Below are positions 48,971 to 60,920 of a stretch of DNA of 64,000 nucleotides, piece by piece. This stretch comes from Lama guanicoe (taxonomy: Eukaryota): positions 7,206,720 through 7,270,719 of the forward strand of contig MU057347.1 of the NCBI GenBank assembly GCA_013239625.1, in the 5' to 3' direction. The notes under the pieces are model-generated. The model was not told where the DNA came from. It did no database searches and saw only the letters and a program-made list of their open reading frames with translations. Positions within the stretch are counted from its first letter, which is position 1. Every line of letters begins with the position of its first letter. A program made the position numbers and the translations under genes.

Positions 48971-49874
48971 CAGGATCGGACCTCAGCATCCACCAGGTAC
49001 ACCTGTAGAAACACCAAGTACCTCAAAAATCCACTGCTCTGTTCAGGGAGACCTTCACTCACAGAAAGACCCACGTGTCTCTGGAATCAGAGCTGAGTAT
49101 CCCTTGGGAGTTTCTACCAAGCTTCTGCCGAGGAAGATCCTTCGTCCAGGACTATCACATAGTGGCAGGTTTGGGGACATTTCTTTGAGGCTAGGGGACA
49201 CCTGCCATCCTTAAATGGGGGTTACCCTGAAGGATGATTTTCCTTTTACTCTGGGACACTCTTGGGAGAGGGGTGGGCAGGTAGGAGTCCCTAAAAGGCA
49301 AGGGGAGGGGGGCCAGGGGACTTAAAAGAAGCTAGCTCTCTGGAAGAAGGGCAAGGCCAAGGAGACCCAGCAGGCCCCCACTCAGAGGCACTTCTGGTTT
49401 CCCCAGAATCATGCTTTGTTCACCATCAGTGTGTCCCCTCCCCTTCATTATGCCCCTCAGGAGCCTGGCCCCGCCGCACAGAAGGTGGGCAATGCCAGCC
49501 AGGCTTGCACTGGTGTAAAGGCGAAGAGGGGGCATTGGGAAAGTGAGACCTGCCCACAGCCCCGCCAGCAGGCCCCGGGCCACGGCAACCTTTGGAGGGA
49601 GTGGTGCCCAGAGGGTGTGGCATCAGATGAGGGGGCCCATCTCGGAGCCAGGAAGCACAGGGACAAATGGACAACTCAGGTGAGAGGACTCAAGACCCAG
49701 GTCTTGGTTGGCGCAGGGAGACAGGCCGTGGCCTCTCAGGGGATGGTGAACCGGACAGGCGGGCCAGCAGTGTTAGACAAGGTGACCTCCCCCAGCTGGC
49801 ACTGGGCTCCTTAGGGCCCATAACCCCCGCCAGCCTCCCAGCCTGACTGGGGCGGCGGCTGAGCCAGACCATCC

Positions 49875-50070
49875 AGGGGGGATGTGGCAAACAATTACTT
49901 TCCTTATTGAATATCTGATTAATTATTCAGGAGCTGAATCAATTATTCATATCTCATTTAAGCGAAGGGGGAAAAGCCACTGCCCCTTGACAGAAGCTTC
50001 TCAGAGACTCCCAAGGCCCTGGGGACTGAGTCATCAGCAGGAGAAATTGTCACAGCAGGAATGCAGCCCT
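49875..50070. promoter_or_regulatory. Candidate homeodomain/SOX enhancer / CNE
   Basis: AT-rich core inside GC-rich flanks: AACAAT, TGATTAATTA, AATTATTCA twice, TGACAG. Confidence 0.5.
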
Positions 50071-50254
50071 GTCACGGCTGCCACCGCCACAGCCCTCCTC
50101 CTGCACACACCGTCACTTGTGCATGCACACGCCCGATCACACACAGACACACACACACGAAGCACCAGCCGGGTACAACGGGAGACACGGTGAGTGAAGA
50201 CAGTCACATAAATGCATAGATACGTATCTGACTCTATGAAAAAAGGAAACAGGC

Positions 50255-50600
50255 GTGTGATCACACAGAGGAGGAAGCCAGTTCCCTGGTCCATCGGGGC
50301 AGGCCCCAGGTAGGAAAGGACATTTGAGTTGGGTTGACAGAGGACTAGGGAAGGGCATTCCAGGCGCAGGGAACAGCAGGAGCAGAAGTGGAGGAATGTG
50401 AAGAACATGCAAGGCCCTGGAAGAGGCGGTGACCCAGGGTGTAGAACCACAAGGACGGTGGAGGGGCCGGCAGAGACGGTGGGAGCCCGCGCCTTGGGTT
50501 ACTCAACGGGAAGCCACCGAAGGTGTGGGGGTTCCTGGAGGGACACAGTTAGAGTGCTCGGAGGCCCAGGGGAGGCCACGGGGTCCCATTCCAGACACTT
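50255..50600 (-). mobile_element. LINE-2 fragment
   Basis: 'catttgagttggg', 'gggaagggcattccaggcgcagggaacagca', 'gggaagccaccgaagg'. Confidence 0.7.
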
Positions 50601-51039
50601 GATTACCGACTCCCCACCCCCGTTCTGTCCAGGGTGCCCCTGGGCAAGAGATGCTTCTAGAGATCATCTTGGCTGGAGTCGTGAACCATGAGGCTTTTGT
50701 AAGTGAGGGTTCCCAGTCGAAGGGGCGGGGGTAGGGGTGGGGAGGCGGCTCCAGAGAACCTTAGAGTTTCAGTGCAGGGAGTGGGACTCACAGAACACTT
50801 TTAACAGATGGAGAAATTAAGGCCCAGATCGGGGAGCTGACTGGCCTTCGGTCACCCCACGACTTGGGCCTGCGGCTCTCAGGCTGAGCAGTAGCAATGC
50901 CATCTAGCGGGTGGGAGGCGGGGTGGGGACAAGTCTCTGGCTCTCTATTCCATGGCCCTTACCGAGCCTCGGGGATGGCGACTGCCTGGATGCCTTTGCA
51001 GAAAGGTCTGAGCAAGGGACAGACCGTAACTGCATCTTC

Positions 51040-51330
51040 ACTCTGTCCTTCTCGGACCTCAGTATCTCTGTGTTCCTCTCTCTCTATCTATTGCTTGCTC
51101 GTGTGCTGGGTGTGTGTGTATCTTTCTCCCTCTGTCTGTCTTCCCCCATCCCATCCTGTCTTCTCCTTCCTTCCTCTCTGTTACTCTCTGTCCCTTTCTC
51201 CATCTACCTATCTTTGCCTTTCTTTGTCTGTCTCTATTCTTCCTCATCTCTTTCTTCTACTTCTCTTTTTCCCTCTCTCCCTTCCTCGTCTCACCCTCAC
51301 CTTCTTCTATCTCCTTCTTTCTCTCCATCT
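51040..51330 (+). repeat. Pyrimidine-rich (CT) low-complexity tract
   Basis: About 290 bp dominated by C/T; explains the spurious S/L/F-rich ORFs here. Confidence 0.9.
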
Positions 51331-51467
51331 CGAGGCCCATCCATAGTGGGGACCGAGCCCCTTCCTTCCCCAGCCCCTCAGCCTGACCAGATCCCAGTGC
51401 CCTACACCCACTAATCAAATCTGCGACCTGATTCAATTACACCCAGCAAAAACGCAGACGTGTAACC

Positions 51468-51623
51468 NNNNNNNNNNNNNNNNNNNNNNNNNNNNNNNNN
51501 NNNNNNNNNNNNNNNNNNNNNNNNNNNNNNNNNNNNNNNNNNNNNNNNNNNNNNNNNNNNNNNNNNNNNNNNNNNNNNNNNNNNNNNNNNNNNNNNNNNN
51601 NNNNNNNNNNNNNNNNNNNNNNN
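51468..51623. other. N-run, 156 bp
   Basis: Run of N in unique motif-rich sequence. Confidence 1.
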
Positions 51624-51749
51624 GGTGCGGGGGGGAGGTTGCAGAAAATGTTCCGGAGCCAACCTCTTTCCTGAGCAGCAGCCCCCACCATGCAGCACCC
51701 CCAGGCCTGATGACACCCTCAGAAGCAAGAAGACCAGGACCTGGGAGGG

Positions 51750-51960
51750 GAGGCAGTGTGGTCCAGCAGCTGACAGCCCAGCCCTAAGTCAGACCTGAAT
51801 TCAGACCTCAGCTCTAGCACGTGTTGGCTGTGTGAACTTGCGCCTGGCCCTTAACCTCTCTGTGACTTGATTTCCTAATTTACACAATTGGCACCAGCCT
51901 CACCGAACTGTGGGAGGGCAAATGAAAGAAAGCAAGTCGAGTGTTGAACACGAAGTCTGC
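51750..51960 (+). mobile_element. MIR SINE
   Basis: 'ggcagtgtggtccag...gtcagacctgaattcaga...gctgtgtgaacttg...cttaacctctctgtg'. Confidence 0.75.
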
Positions 51961-52856
51961 ACGAGCTCGGACCTCCTGTGCTGGCCACAGTGCAGGGGGT
52001 CAGTCATGCTGTCGCAGCCCCAGGGCACGTGGGGTGTCCAGTCCCATTCCACATGTCTCAACCACCCGTCACCTGACAAAGGCCAGCAGGAGCCAGGGCT
52101 CAGCCTAGCAGCCCCTGGGAGCTCCAGGGATCTGAAACAGCCCCATTTCAGAGCTCCGCAAGCCCAGACTCTAGACTGCACTCGTAAGGAAACCACAGAG
52201 AAAGGGGAGGATGCGGTGAAGTCCCTCTTTGAGGGGGTGGGCAGCATGTTCATTTTCCTAACAGCTGTGCTGGCCACCCCCACTCACTGCCCCCATCTAA
52301 TCACTGACTTTTCTCGCCTGTTTGGTACCCAGGAAGCTGACCTCACCTCAACCCCCTTGCCCCCCAGGTGTGGGCTGGTTATGGGAAGCACCTGCACGTG
52401 ATAAGGGGCCTGTAGGGAGTCTGGCCACGACTGCATCCCACTACAGCTACGGAGCTGGGGGGCTGGTGGGGGGAGTTCCAAGACTCGGACCCTCACAGGC
52501 CTCTGGAAGCACCTTTCCCTCCCTCACCCCTGCAACCTGATGAGGGAGGAGGGGCCATTGTTTTCTGCTCTCGCTTGCCCACGTGGCCTCACCATTCCTC
52601 ACTGCAGGGCTGGGCCTCCAGCTGTCAGGTCCCGACCTTAACAGATCATTGAATAAATGAGGCCTCAGTTGCTGGAGCTGGAAAGCCTTGAGGGTGGGAT
52701 TCCACTGCTGCATGAAGCTAGGGTCATGCAGGCCCAGGTCCCATGCCTCAGAATGAGGATTATAAGACCTATGACCAAGTTCATGTCTGTTCACTTAGAT
52801 TGTCCTGGGCAAAACTCTAACCAAGGCACATGGTGAGCGTCAATCATCACTCCAGA

Positions 52857-53069
52857 CAGCGGTCCTCAGCCAGAGCAATTCCGCCCGCTAGGAGACACTC
52901 AGCAAGGTCTAGAGATATTTTTGATCATCAAAATTGGAGCCTGGGGTGCTCTAGCACCCAATGGGTAGAGGTCAGCACTGCTGTTACACATCCTGTAATG
53001 CACAGGACAGTCCTCCACAACAAAGTGTCCAACCTGAACTGCTAGTACTCCTGAGGTTGAGAAAGCCAG
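52857..53069 (+). mobile_element. MER20 hAT-Charlie MITE
   Basis: TIRs 'cagcggtcctcagcc' / 'ggttgagaaagccag'; 'gggtagaggtcag', 'aatgcacaggacag'. Confidence 0.88.
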
Positions 53070-54049
53070 GTTTCCCCACTCAAACAACCACAGAATCGCA
53101 GAACTCTCAGAGGACATCGATCCTGTTACAGATAAAGATACTGAGAACCCAGGAAGACTTGAAAGTCACTGCCAAGTTAGAAGTAGCCAGTATCCAAGTC
53201 CAGCATTTCACCTCTGGAGTCTAGCACAGAGCTTGGCACCTGGACCCAGCCTCTCTGCTCCCAGGAGGGCTCCCAGCATGTCTTCAGCTGCTTCCCCGGG
53301 CCAGGATGAGGTGAGATCTGGGATGGCAGGTCCTAGGGACTCCTTCCCCTGGAAGAGGAGTCCAGAGAGCTTTCCTTTGGTGAATTCTCCCCTCCCCACA
53401 AGGGCTCTTGTCAAGAACATACACTCATGCACACACACACACTTCCAGGCACAAGTGCACACAACCCACAGCCTGAGCTACTCTGTGAACAGTCACCAGC
53501 TCACCCACATCTCTGTGTTGGCCTCAAAGGGCTCTCCTTGGGAAGCCCAGCTCTTTTTCTGCTGCCAGAAAGCCTTGTCAAGGGCAAACATTGACCCTTT
53601 GAGGGTACAAGTGATTTTGGAAATAGCTCCTGGTCAGTCTTATTCTGGTGTGCTCAGACTGGAAGGGCCATCTTAGGAGGGTTTTAAGAGAGAGCTCTAT
53701 ATGGAGGTGAAGGTTTTGTGGAGTAGTTCTGGAGATGACTGTTGGGGAGGCAGGGCGGTCCCCAACGGGACCACAGGCATGCAATCCCATGCTGGGAATA
53801 GGGAGGGAGAACCAGGAGTAGAATGAGGACTCGGTGAAGGAGGGTCAGTACCCAGATAGCCAGAGGCAGAGCCAAGGGCCAGCCCCAAACCACACACCCG
53901 CAGGAAAGGAGAAGCCAGACCCATGGCTCAGCCTATGGCCAGGGGTGGGGCCAGAATATGGAGGACGACCAAAGCTTTGGGGGCCATCCGGAATCCCTTC
54001 TCCTTTATTAGGATAACTGCATTGGGATCACCTTTCAAAGAATTGTGAT

Positions 54050-54475
54050 CATCTTCCATGGTGATAACCAGAATCAAAGCTGTAGCACAAATGAGGAGTT
54101 TATAATGAAGAGCCTGTTGCAGAGGCACAGGTAGTGTAAGGAAACAAACACAGGCGATGAGAGAGCCGTGGGATGCTGTTCCCCTCCTGAGGGCTGAAGG
54201 GAGATCTAGGACTATGGAGAGAGACTGCCCAGCAGGATACAGAGTCCGACGGGGACAGTGGCCACCAAAACCAGTGCAACACCGGAGGAGGAAGGGAGAG
54301 TGAAAGAAAGACCCCAACCTCCTTCTTCTTCCGCCTTCTGATCTCCTCCAGTGCCTCCCACAGGCAAACCCAATGGGAAGCCGACAAGCAAATCCAGGGC
54401 TCAGCCTTTTGGGGTCCAGAGAAGGGCAGATAAAGGAACCAGGGAGAGGGGGAGGGCAAATGGACCTGTCCTCTT
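54050..54475 (-). mobile_element. LTR33-like ERVL LTR
   Basis: 'tgatctcctccagtgcctccca...aacccaatgggaagcc...tcagcc...ggagggcaaatgga'. Confidence 0.7.
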
Positions 54476-54699
54476 TGAACAAGAGATGGTCACTAACCCT
54501 AAACTAGGCTAATCAGACCTTGCTCTCCCAAGACTTTAAATTCCAACTGGAAATACAAAAGAACACCAAAAAAAAACTCCATTCATTCCCATAACGGTGC
54601 CACAATCACACCCAAACCACACAGAGGCGCCACAGTGAAGGAGCATCAGCCAAAGAGCCCTCATCCTGTCTCCACCCTTCAAGACCAGGCGGAACTTAC

Positions 54700-55020
54700 C
54701 AGGGAGCCAAGGAAGTCTCCAGGCAGCTCCCGCTGATGGCTTTATAACGGGGTCACCTGGGCACCTTAAATCACACTAATAAACCACGAGAACCCCCCAT
54801 GTGGGATGCTGGCAGGAGACCACGCCATTGCCATGGCCAGAGGGGAGACCTTTTTATTTCTTTTCCCCAGAAACTACTCGATAAATGCTTTTAGCATCTT
54901 TTTTTAAATAAAAAAAAGGACTGAAATATAAGGGCATATTAGCATCGCTTCCATTTTCAATTAGTTCAAATGATTGTGTTAAAAGCTATTAATAAACCAC
55001 CACAAGTGGAGGCCACTGGA
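54700..55020. promoter_or_regulatory. Candidate enhancer / CNE
   Basis: Repeat-free; TTTATAACGG, TAATAAA twice, CAATTAG, TGATTG. Confidence 0.45.
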
Positions 55021-56351
55021 GGAGGAGTCTATGAGGGAGCAATCGGCAGCCCACAGTGGAGTCTCGTGGCTCTGCTGAGGACCGCTCCCTTGCCTCCAAA
55101 GCCACAGGGACCCACCACGTTCCTGTGATGCAGGGAAGAGTAAGATGATGGGTTGGAAGCATCTGCTAAGATCTGAGAAAAGGAAAGTCTCCCCACATCC
55201 ACCAAGCTGCTCAAAACCTGGAAAGAAGCAAGAGTCTGGTTTGGAGTTAAACAAGTAATTGGCCAGTCTGTTGGTTCCTACAGGGGAAAGATGGCCATAT
55301 GGGCCAAGCTTGGGTCATCCTGGGTGGTCCTGCCCAGTCTGCCAGGGATGGCCCAGATTACACACGATTGTTTGCAACTCAACAATCAATTCAGAACTCT
55401 CCTGTGCCAACTCTGGTCCATTAGTGGTGGCTACCTTTGTGTACTGTGCTGAAAGGATCCTAAGGCTTTTATCTCTCACAGGGGAAAATGGCTTAATTGG
55501 TTAGTGATGTCTGCCAGGGCAATGATGTGGAGGGTGGAGGTGTGCTTGTCACGTATCCACTGTTCCTGTTGGGAGAGTGACTATCCCCTTTGGTCCATTC
55601 ACCAATTGGAGGAAGCTTCCATTCCAAGGATGCTCAAAGGGAGCAAAACCCCTCCAACCTGCCCCCTCTCACCTTGAGCCCTGTTTCTGGGTACACGGAA
55701 CCCATGGGACAGGGATCTTGGATCATCATGGTCTGTTTGCAGGCCTGTCTCACCCACATGACGGCCCATGACACCAACCACCATACGAGGCAAAAAGACC
55801 AGTAAATGCCCCACGCTGACCCTCACCCCTGTTATCCCCCAGTCTGTCTTCCACACCCCAGACTTCCAGAGCCAGCCAGCAGGGCCCCCAACGAGAAGAG
55901 ATGTCAAAGGATCCCTAAAGGTCCAAAGGGACGTTTCCAGGATCTCCCTAGCCAGGCCCACAGGGGCATTTCATGTGCTGTGCTTTGGCTACACCCCTAA
56001 GAAGGAGGAGGTAGCCCCAGCATTCTGGACTTAGGCTCCACAATTACTGCATCTCTTTCTCTATCCCTCACTCCACTCTTCAGACCAGATTCCAAACTGA
56101 AAGAAGGGTTGGCCATGGACCACGGCTTGGAGACAATGATGGAAGTAGGCAGCCAATCGGTGTGGCCCTCAGATGGACCCAGCCCCGATGGACAAGAGCT
56201 CCATTCCCAGTTCCTAACAACTCCCACCCAGCCCCGTGATTGATGGTGGGCAGACATATCCTGCCCCCCCTTCCCGTTCTCCCACAGAGGTTTTTTTTTG
56301 TTAGGTTTTGCTAAAGCAACCTGCAAATTAATTTAATATCCTCCTTTCGTT

Positions 56352-56619
56352 NNNNNNNNNNNNNNNNNNNNNNNNNNNNNNNNNNNNNNNNNNNNNNNNN
56401 NNNNNNNNNNNNNNNNNNNNNNNNNNNNNNNNNNNNNNNNNNNNNNNNNNNNNNNNNNNNNNNNNNNNNNNNNNNNNNNNNNNNNNNNNNNNNNNNNNNN
56501 NNNNNNNNNNNNNNNNNNNNNNNNNNNNNNNNNNNNNNNNNNNNNNNNNNNNNNNNNNNNNNNNNNNNNNNNNNNNNNNNNNNNNNNNNNNNNNNNNNNN
56601 NNNNNNNNNNNNNNNNNNN
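56352..56619. other. N-run, 268 bp (longest in window)
   Basis: Run of N between 'caaattaatttaata' and 'cctgtcagc' in unique sequence. Confidence 1.
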
Positions 56620-57499
56620 TAACTCTTCCTGTCAGCCCAGCGAACACACCCAGCCCCGCTGCTCAGATATGCCAAGGAGAGAAGCCCTCATGGTTCCCCG
56701 CAAAGACCTTAACTGTGGGTGCCACCCACCCAGGGCCCAGGGACATGGGACCCCAGTCCTGCAGGTAAAGGAAGAAAAGGGGCTGGAATGACCTCAGGCC
56801 ACCAACACAGCCTCCCTGACCATTCCAAGTGGGTCCACCTAGAGGTCTGGGGCATCCTCCATCCCTCAAGCCTCTCTGATACTTCTGGTCCTTCCACAGG
56901 CAGGGGGGTGCAGGCATTGGCCGTGGAGAGTGAGTCTGTGGGCTGCTGTCGCTATGAATTGGGCAAACCTTGGGAACAGTGGTTGTCGTACAGAAGAGAG
57001 CTACGGGGACTTTGGGTGGTCACGTGACTTCTTCAAGCCCCAATTTCCTCTCATGTTCTCGTGTCAGGTGAGTGCTTGAGTCTTCCTGGGCTCACAGGGT
57101 GTCTCAGTCCTCCCCTTCCCTGTCTATCCATCTCCCGTAGAGTGTCTTGTTTCCCCACAACCCAGCATAGAGCTGTGCGGAGAGAGGGTATCAGCCAATG
57201 CTTCCTCGTGAAAGAAAGAATTTGCCCAAGGTCACCCAGCAGGTACACGCCTCAGCCAGGATTAGCACTAGATCTGTCTGACTCCCATCACACCTCCCTT
57301 CTCAACACCCCTGTTGTGAACAGGTGACTCCTGGGGTTCTTGGGAAAATCTGAGCTGGCATTCTCTCCTCAAAGCCAAAGAGCAGGGTTGGGTCTGCGGG
57401 GGGTCCCAGCCTCCTGCTTCCTGCCAGGTAGACAGTGTGGAGTGTAACTTAGCAGGCTCAGATGTGGGGGCCTCCGAGAGAAGGGATGCCAGCATGAGG

Positions 57500-58116
57500 A
57501 TAATATTTCTGGGCTATCTAGTTAGGGAGGGAAGGCGGGGCAAGGCGGCACAGGCTTCATCTAACAGGATGAAATGTTAGGACAGCACCCTCATGGGAGG
57601 ATGTCCACAGTCAGCCAAGCCCTATACTCGGGCATCTGCAAGGTCTCCAGAAAGACCTAGCATGCTGGGGAGAGGGGTAATGACGGCCTCAGGAAACTGC
57701 CCAAACTACCAGAAACGGATGGATAAGGTAATTGATCAACTGCCCCAGCTGTTATGCCCTGATTCCTCCACCACATTCACCGCCAGCCTCCCAATGAACA
57801 GAGCAGGGATACCAAGGCAGATCTGTTTCTAGGATATGTGAGACTCCTTTGAAAATTGATTTCAGCTCAAGAACTCCCCACTGGCTTTGCTGAAACTTCC
57901 TCAGAACTGCACAGCATTTGATTGCTTTTGTCTACCCAACCATCCTTCCTTCCCTCTCTCCTCCAAAATGGTCAGACCAGCATTATGGGCTGACAGGTCC
58001 CCCAGCCTCCTTCAGCTTCCTCTGTATTTTTCCCTCATAGGTGTTTTCCCCAATAAATCTCTTGTCCCTTTAATGCAATCTTTATGTCTACTTCTTGAAG
58101 GAACCAAACAAACACA
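57500..58116 (+). mobile_element. LTR41-like ERVL LTR
   Basis: 3' end 'ccccaataaatctcttg...cttcttgaaggaaccaaacaaacaca'; 'ctcaagaactccccactggctttgctgaaacttcc'. Confidence 0.7.
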
Positions 58117-58290
58117 CCTGAGAAAACTGGATCCTAAGCCCACAGTGGGGAAAGCTGAGAACCGACCTGATTCACCCTGGAATTTCCAAAAGATTTAAGA
58201 CTTGAAAGGATCAAGTACCACAGTAAGTGGGGAGTGAAAAAATTATCTAAGAGGAGGAGAATCTGTAAAAAGCTTAGCAAAGTACCCAGC

Positions 58291-58925
58291 CAGGAATGTA
58301 AAATGGTACAGCCTCCATGGAAAAAATTATGGAGGGGTCTCAAAATATTAAAACCAGAACTACAATATGATCCAACAATCCCACTTCTGAATGTATTTCC
58401 AAGTGAACTGAAATCAGGATCTCGAAGAGACATTAGCAGTCCCATGTTCACCACAGCCAAAATCTGGAAACCACCTAAATGTCCATTAATGGATGAATGG
58501 ATTTCTTNNNNNNNNNNNNNNNNNNNNNNNNNNNNNNNNNNNNNNNNNNNNNNNNNNNNNNNNNNNNNNNNNNNNNNNNNNNNNNNNNNNNNNNNNNNNN
58601 NNNNNNNNNNNNNNNNNNNNNNNNNNNNNNNNNNNNNNNNNNNNNNNNNNNNNNNNNNNNNNNNNNNNNNNNNNNNNNNNNNNNNNNNNNNNNNAAGGAA
58701 TAGAACTGTGGTTGCCGGGAGCTAGAGGGGGAGGGACGGAAATGGGGAGTCGCTAACCAATAGGTATAAAATTTCAATTGTGCAAGATGAGTAAGTTCTA
58801 GAGATCTTCTGTTCAACATTGTGCCTATAGATAACAATACTGTACTGTACAGTTCAAAATTTATTAAGAGGTTAGATCTCATGTTAAGTGTTCTCATCAC
58901 AATAAAATTCTTTAAATTAAAAAAA
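58291..58925 (+). mobile_element. L1MB1/2-like L1 3' end inserted into a MIR tail
   Basis: ORF2 remnant 'ECKMVQPPWK..ELQYDPTIPLL'; 3'UTR 'gttctagagatct...tagatctcatgttaagtgttctc'; AAGTACC on both sides. Confidence 0.9.
58508..58694. other. N-run, 187 bp, inside L1MB
   Basis: Flanks colinear with L1 ORF2 end / 3'UTR. Confidence 1.
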
Positions 58926-59544
58926 TTTTAAGTACCTGGAACATAGTAGTGATTTGCTGAATAAATACAAATAAAATTGGTTTAAAATATTTTTTAAAAG
59001 CAGTCAGATTCCTAGAGCTTCTACTCAGAGAAGCAACTACTTCTGCTCTATCTCAGCAGATGAGTGGAGAATTTTTCTCCAGAGAGTATAAAACAAAGGG
59101 TCTCTCGAATAAGGACACCAGGTATTGCTGAGAGCAGGGTTCCTTACCGAAAATAGAGGAACAAGTGAATTTATACACGTTAGATGTTTAGACCTCCCCA
59201 TGCTGTTCTCCTTGGAACACTGACAGCCAAATTTTTTCCTCCAGGAGGGAGACTGAAAGAATCTCCCCTAGGAGTCTACCTATCCCCAAAAGAAAGACCT
59301 AAGACCGATGACCTCTGAGGTTTCTCTACCGAATAAGCCACAGGTCACTCAACGGAGAAGCTCAGAGCCAACAAGTCCCATTCCCACACAAAGTGTCCAA
59401 TCAGCTGGTTAGTGTCCCCTTCTTCAATGAGAACAGACAACTAAAGACCAACAGACATCGAAGAAAGGCCCCTGACATGGAAGATGGAGATAAAAGCAGA
59501 TAAATGCAGCAACCAGGAGAAAAAAAAAACTATGCAATTCAAAA

Positions 59545-59828
59545 AATGTATGTATGTTATCCCATTGATACGAAGTGTCCAAAACAGACAAATGTGGAGA
59601 AACAGAAAGTAGATTAGTGATTGCCCAGGCCTGGGAAGGGATGAGGGTTTGAGAGGTGATAACTAAAGGGTTCAGAGTGCCTTTTGGAGGTGATGAAAAG
59701 GTTCTGAAATTGATTGTGGTGATGATTGCACAACTCTGTGGATATACTAGAAGCCCTTGAATTGTACACTTACATGGGTAATTTGTATGTTGTCTGAATT
59801 ATATCTCAATAAAGCTGCTGCCAAAAAA
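59545..59828 (+). mobile_element. L1MB7/8-like 3'UTR
   Basis: 'acagaaagtagattagtgattgcc...ggaggtgatgaaaa...gtggtgatgattgcacaactctgtg...atctcaataaagctg'. Confidence 0.88.
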
Positions 59829-60401
59829 TTACATATATATAATATCTTATACACTGACATATATATAATATTCAGAGAGATAAGAAAAGCAATTGCATCA
59901 GACAAATGTAGAATAATATAAAGATGAACATTCAGAATACATTTTAAAAAAACAGCCTTAGAAATTTAAAGTGCAGCAGTTTAACTTAAAATAAGAGTTT
60001 GAACATAAAGGGGGACACTTTCCAGAAGGCAGAACAAAAAGACAAAGTAGAAAATAGAGAAAAGATGAGAAAATTAGAGAATCAGCCAGAGATGTCCAGA
60101 CTCCAAATGATGAGCATTCTGGAAAAGGAGAACAGAGACAACAGAGGAAGAAAGCTACTAACATTACTCAAGAGACTTCCTGAGCACTGAAAAATAGGAG
60201 TTTCCATTGAAAGAGTTTATAGAAAGGATGAAAATAGTCTCACACCAGGCATATTATAATGAAATGTTAGAAAAATGTCAGGACCCTAGATACAAAAAGA
60301 TCCTACAAGCTTCCAGAGTGAAAAAAATAAAACAGACGCTAGAAAGGATCAGAAATCAGAAATGCTTCAGATGTCTCAACAAGGAGAAGATGATGAAACA
60401 G

Positions 60402-60920
60402 TATGTTTTACTTATCTATTGCACATAACAAATCAACCACCCAAAACTTAGCAGCTTAAAACAACAACAAATGATTGTATTGCACACAGTTTCTGTTGGT
60501 CAGGAATTCAAGAGTGGATTACCTGGGTGGTTCTGGCTCAGGGTCTTTCATAAGGTTATAGTCAAAATATTGGCCAGAGTCATAGTCTTCTGAAAGCTTG
60601 ATTGGGGCTGGTCGATCTGCTTCCAAGATGCCTCTCTCACATGACAGGCAAACTGATACTGATTTTTGGCAGGACATCTCAGTGTCTCACCACGTGAACA
60701 TCCTCCAAAAGTCTGCTTGAGTGTCCTCATGACACAGCAGCTGGCCTCCCTCAGAAACAGGGCTCTTAGTGTCATATAACATGTCTTTTATGACAGTCAC
60801 TTCTATAATATGCCACTGGTTACGAAGGTCATCCCTATTAAATGTGGGAAAGGGACCACATGGGGCATAAATACCAAGAGATGAGACTTATCTGAGGCTG
60901 TGTTGGAAGGTGGTTACCAA
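60402..60920 (-). mobile_element. MLT1F-like MaLR solo LTR
   Basis: 'cccaaaacttagcagcttaaaacaac...ggtcaggaattc...gggtggttctggctcagggtct...ctgcttgagtgtcctcatgaca'. Confidence 0.9.

Noticed and set aside
50897-51414. Hydrophobic S/L/F-rich ORFs resembling membrane proteins
   Set aside because: Artefact of translating a CT-rich low-complexity tract.
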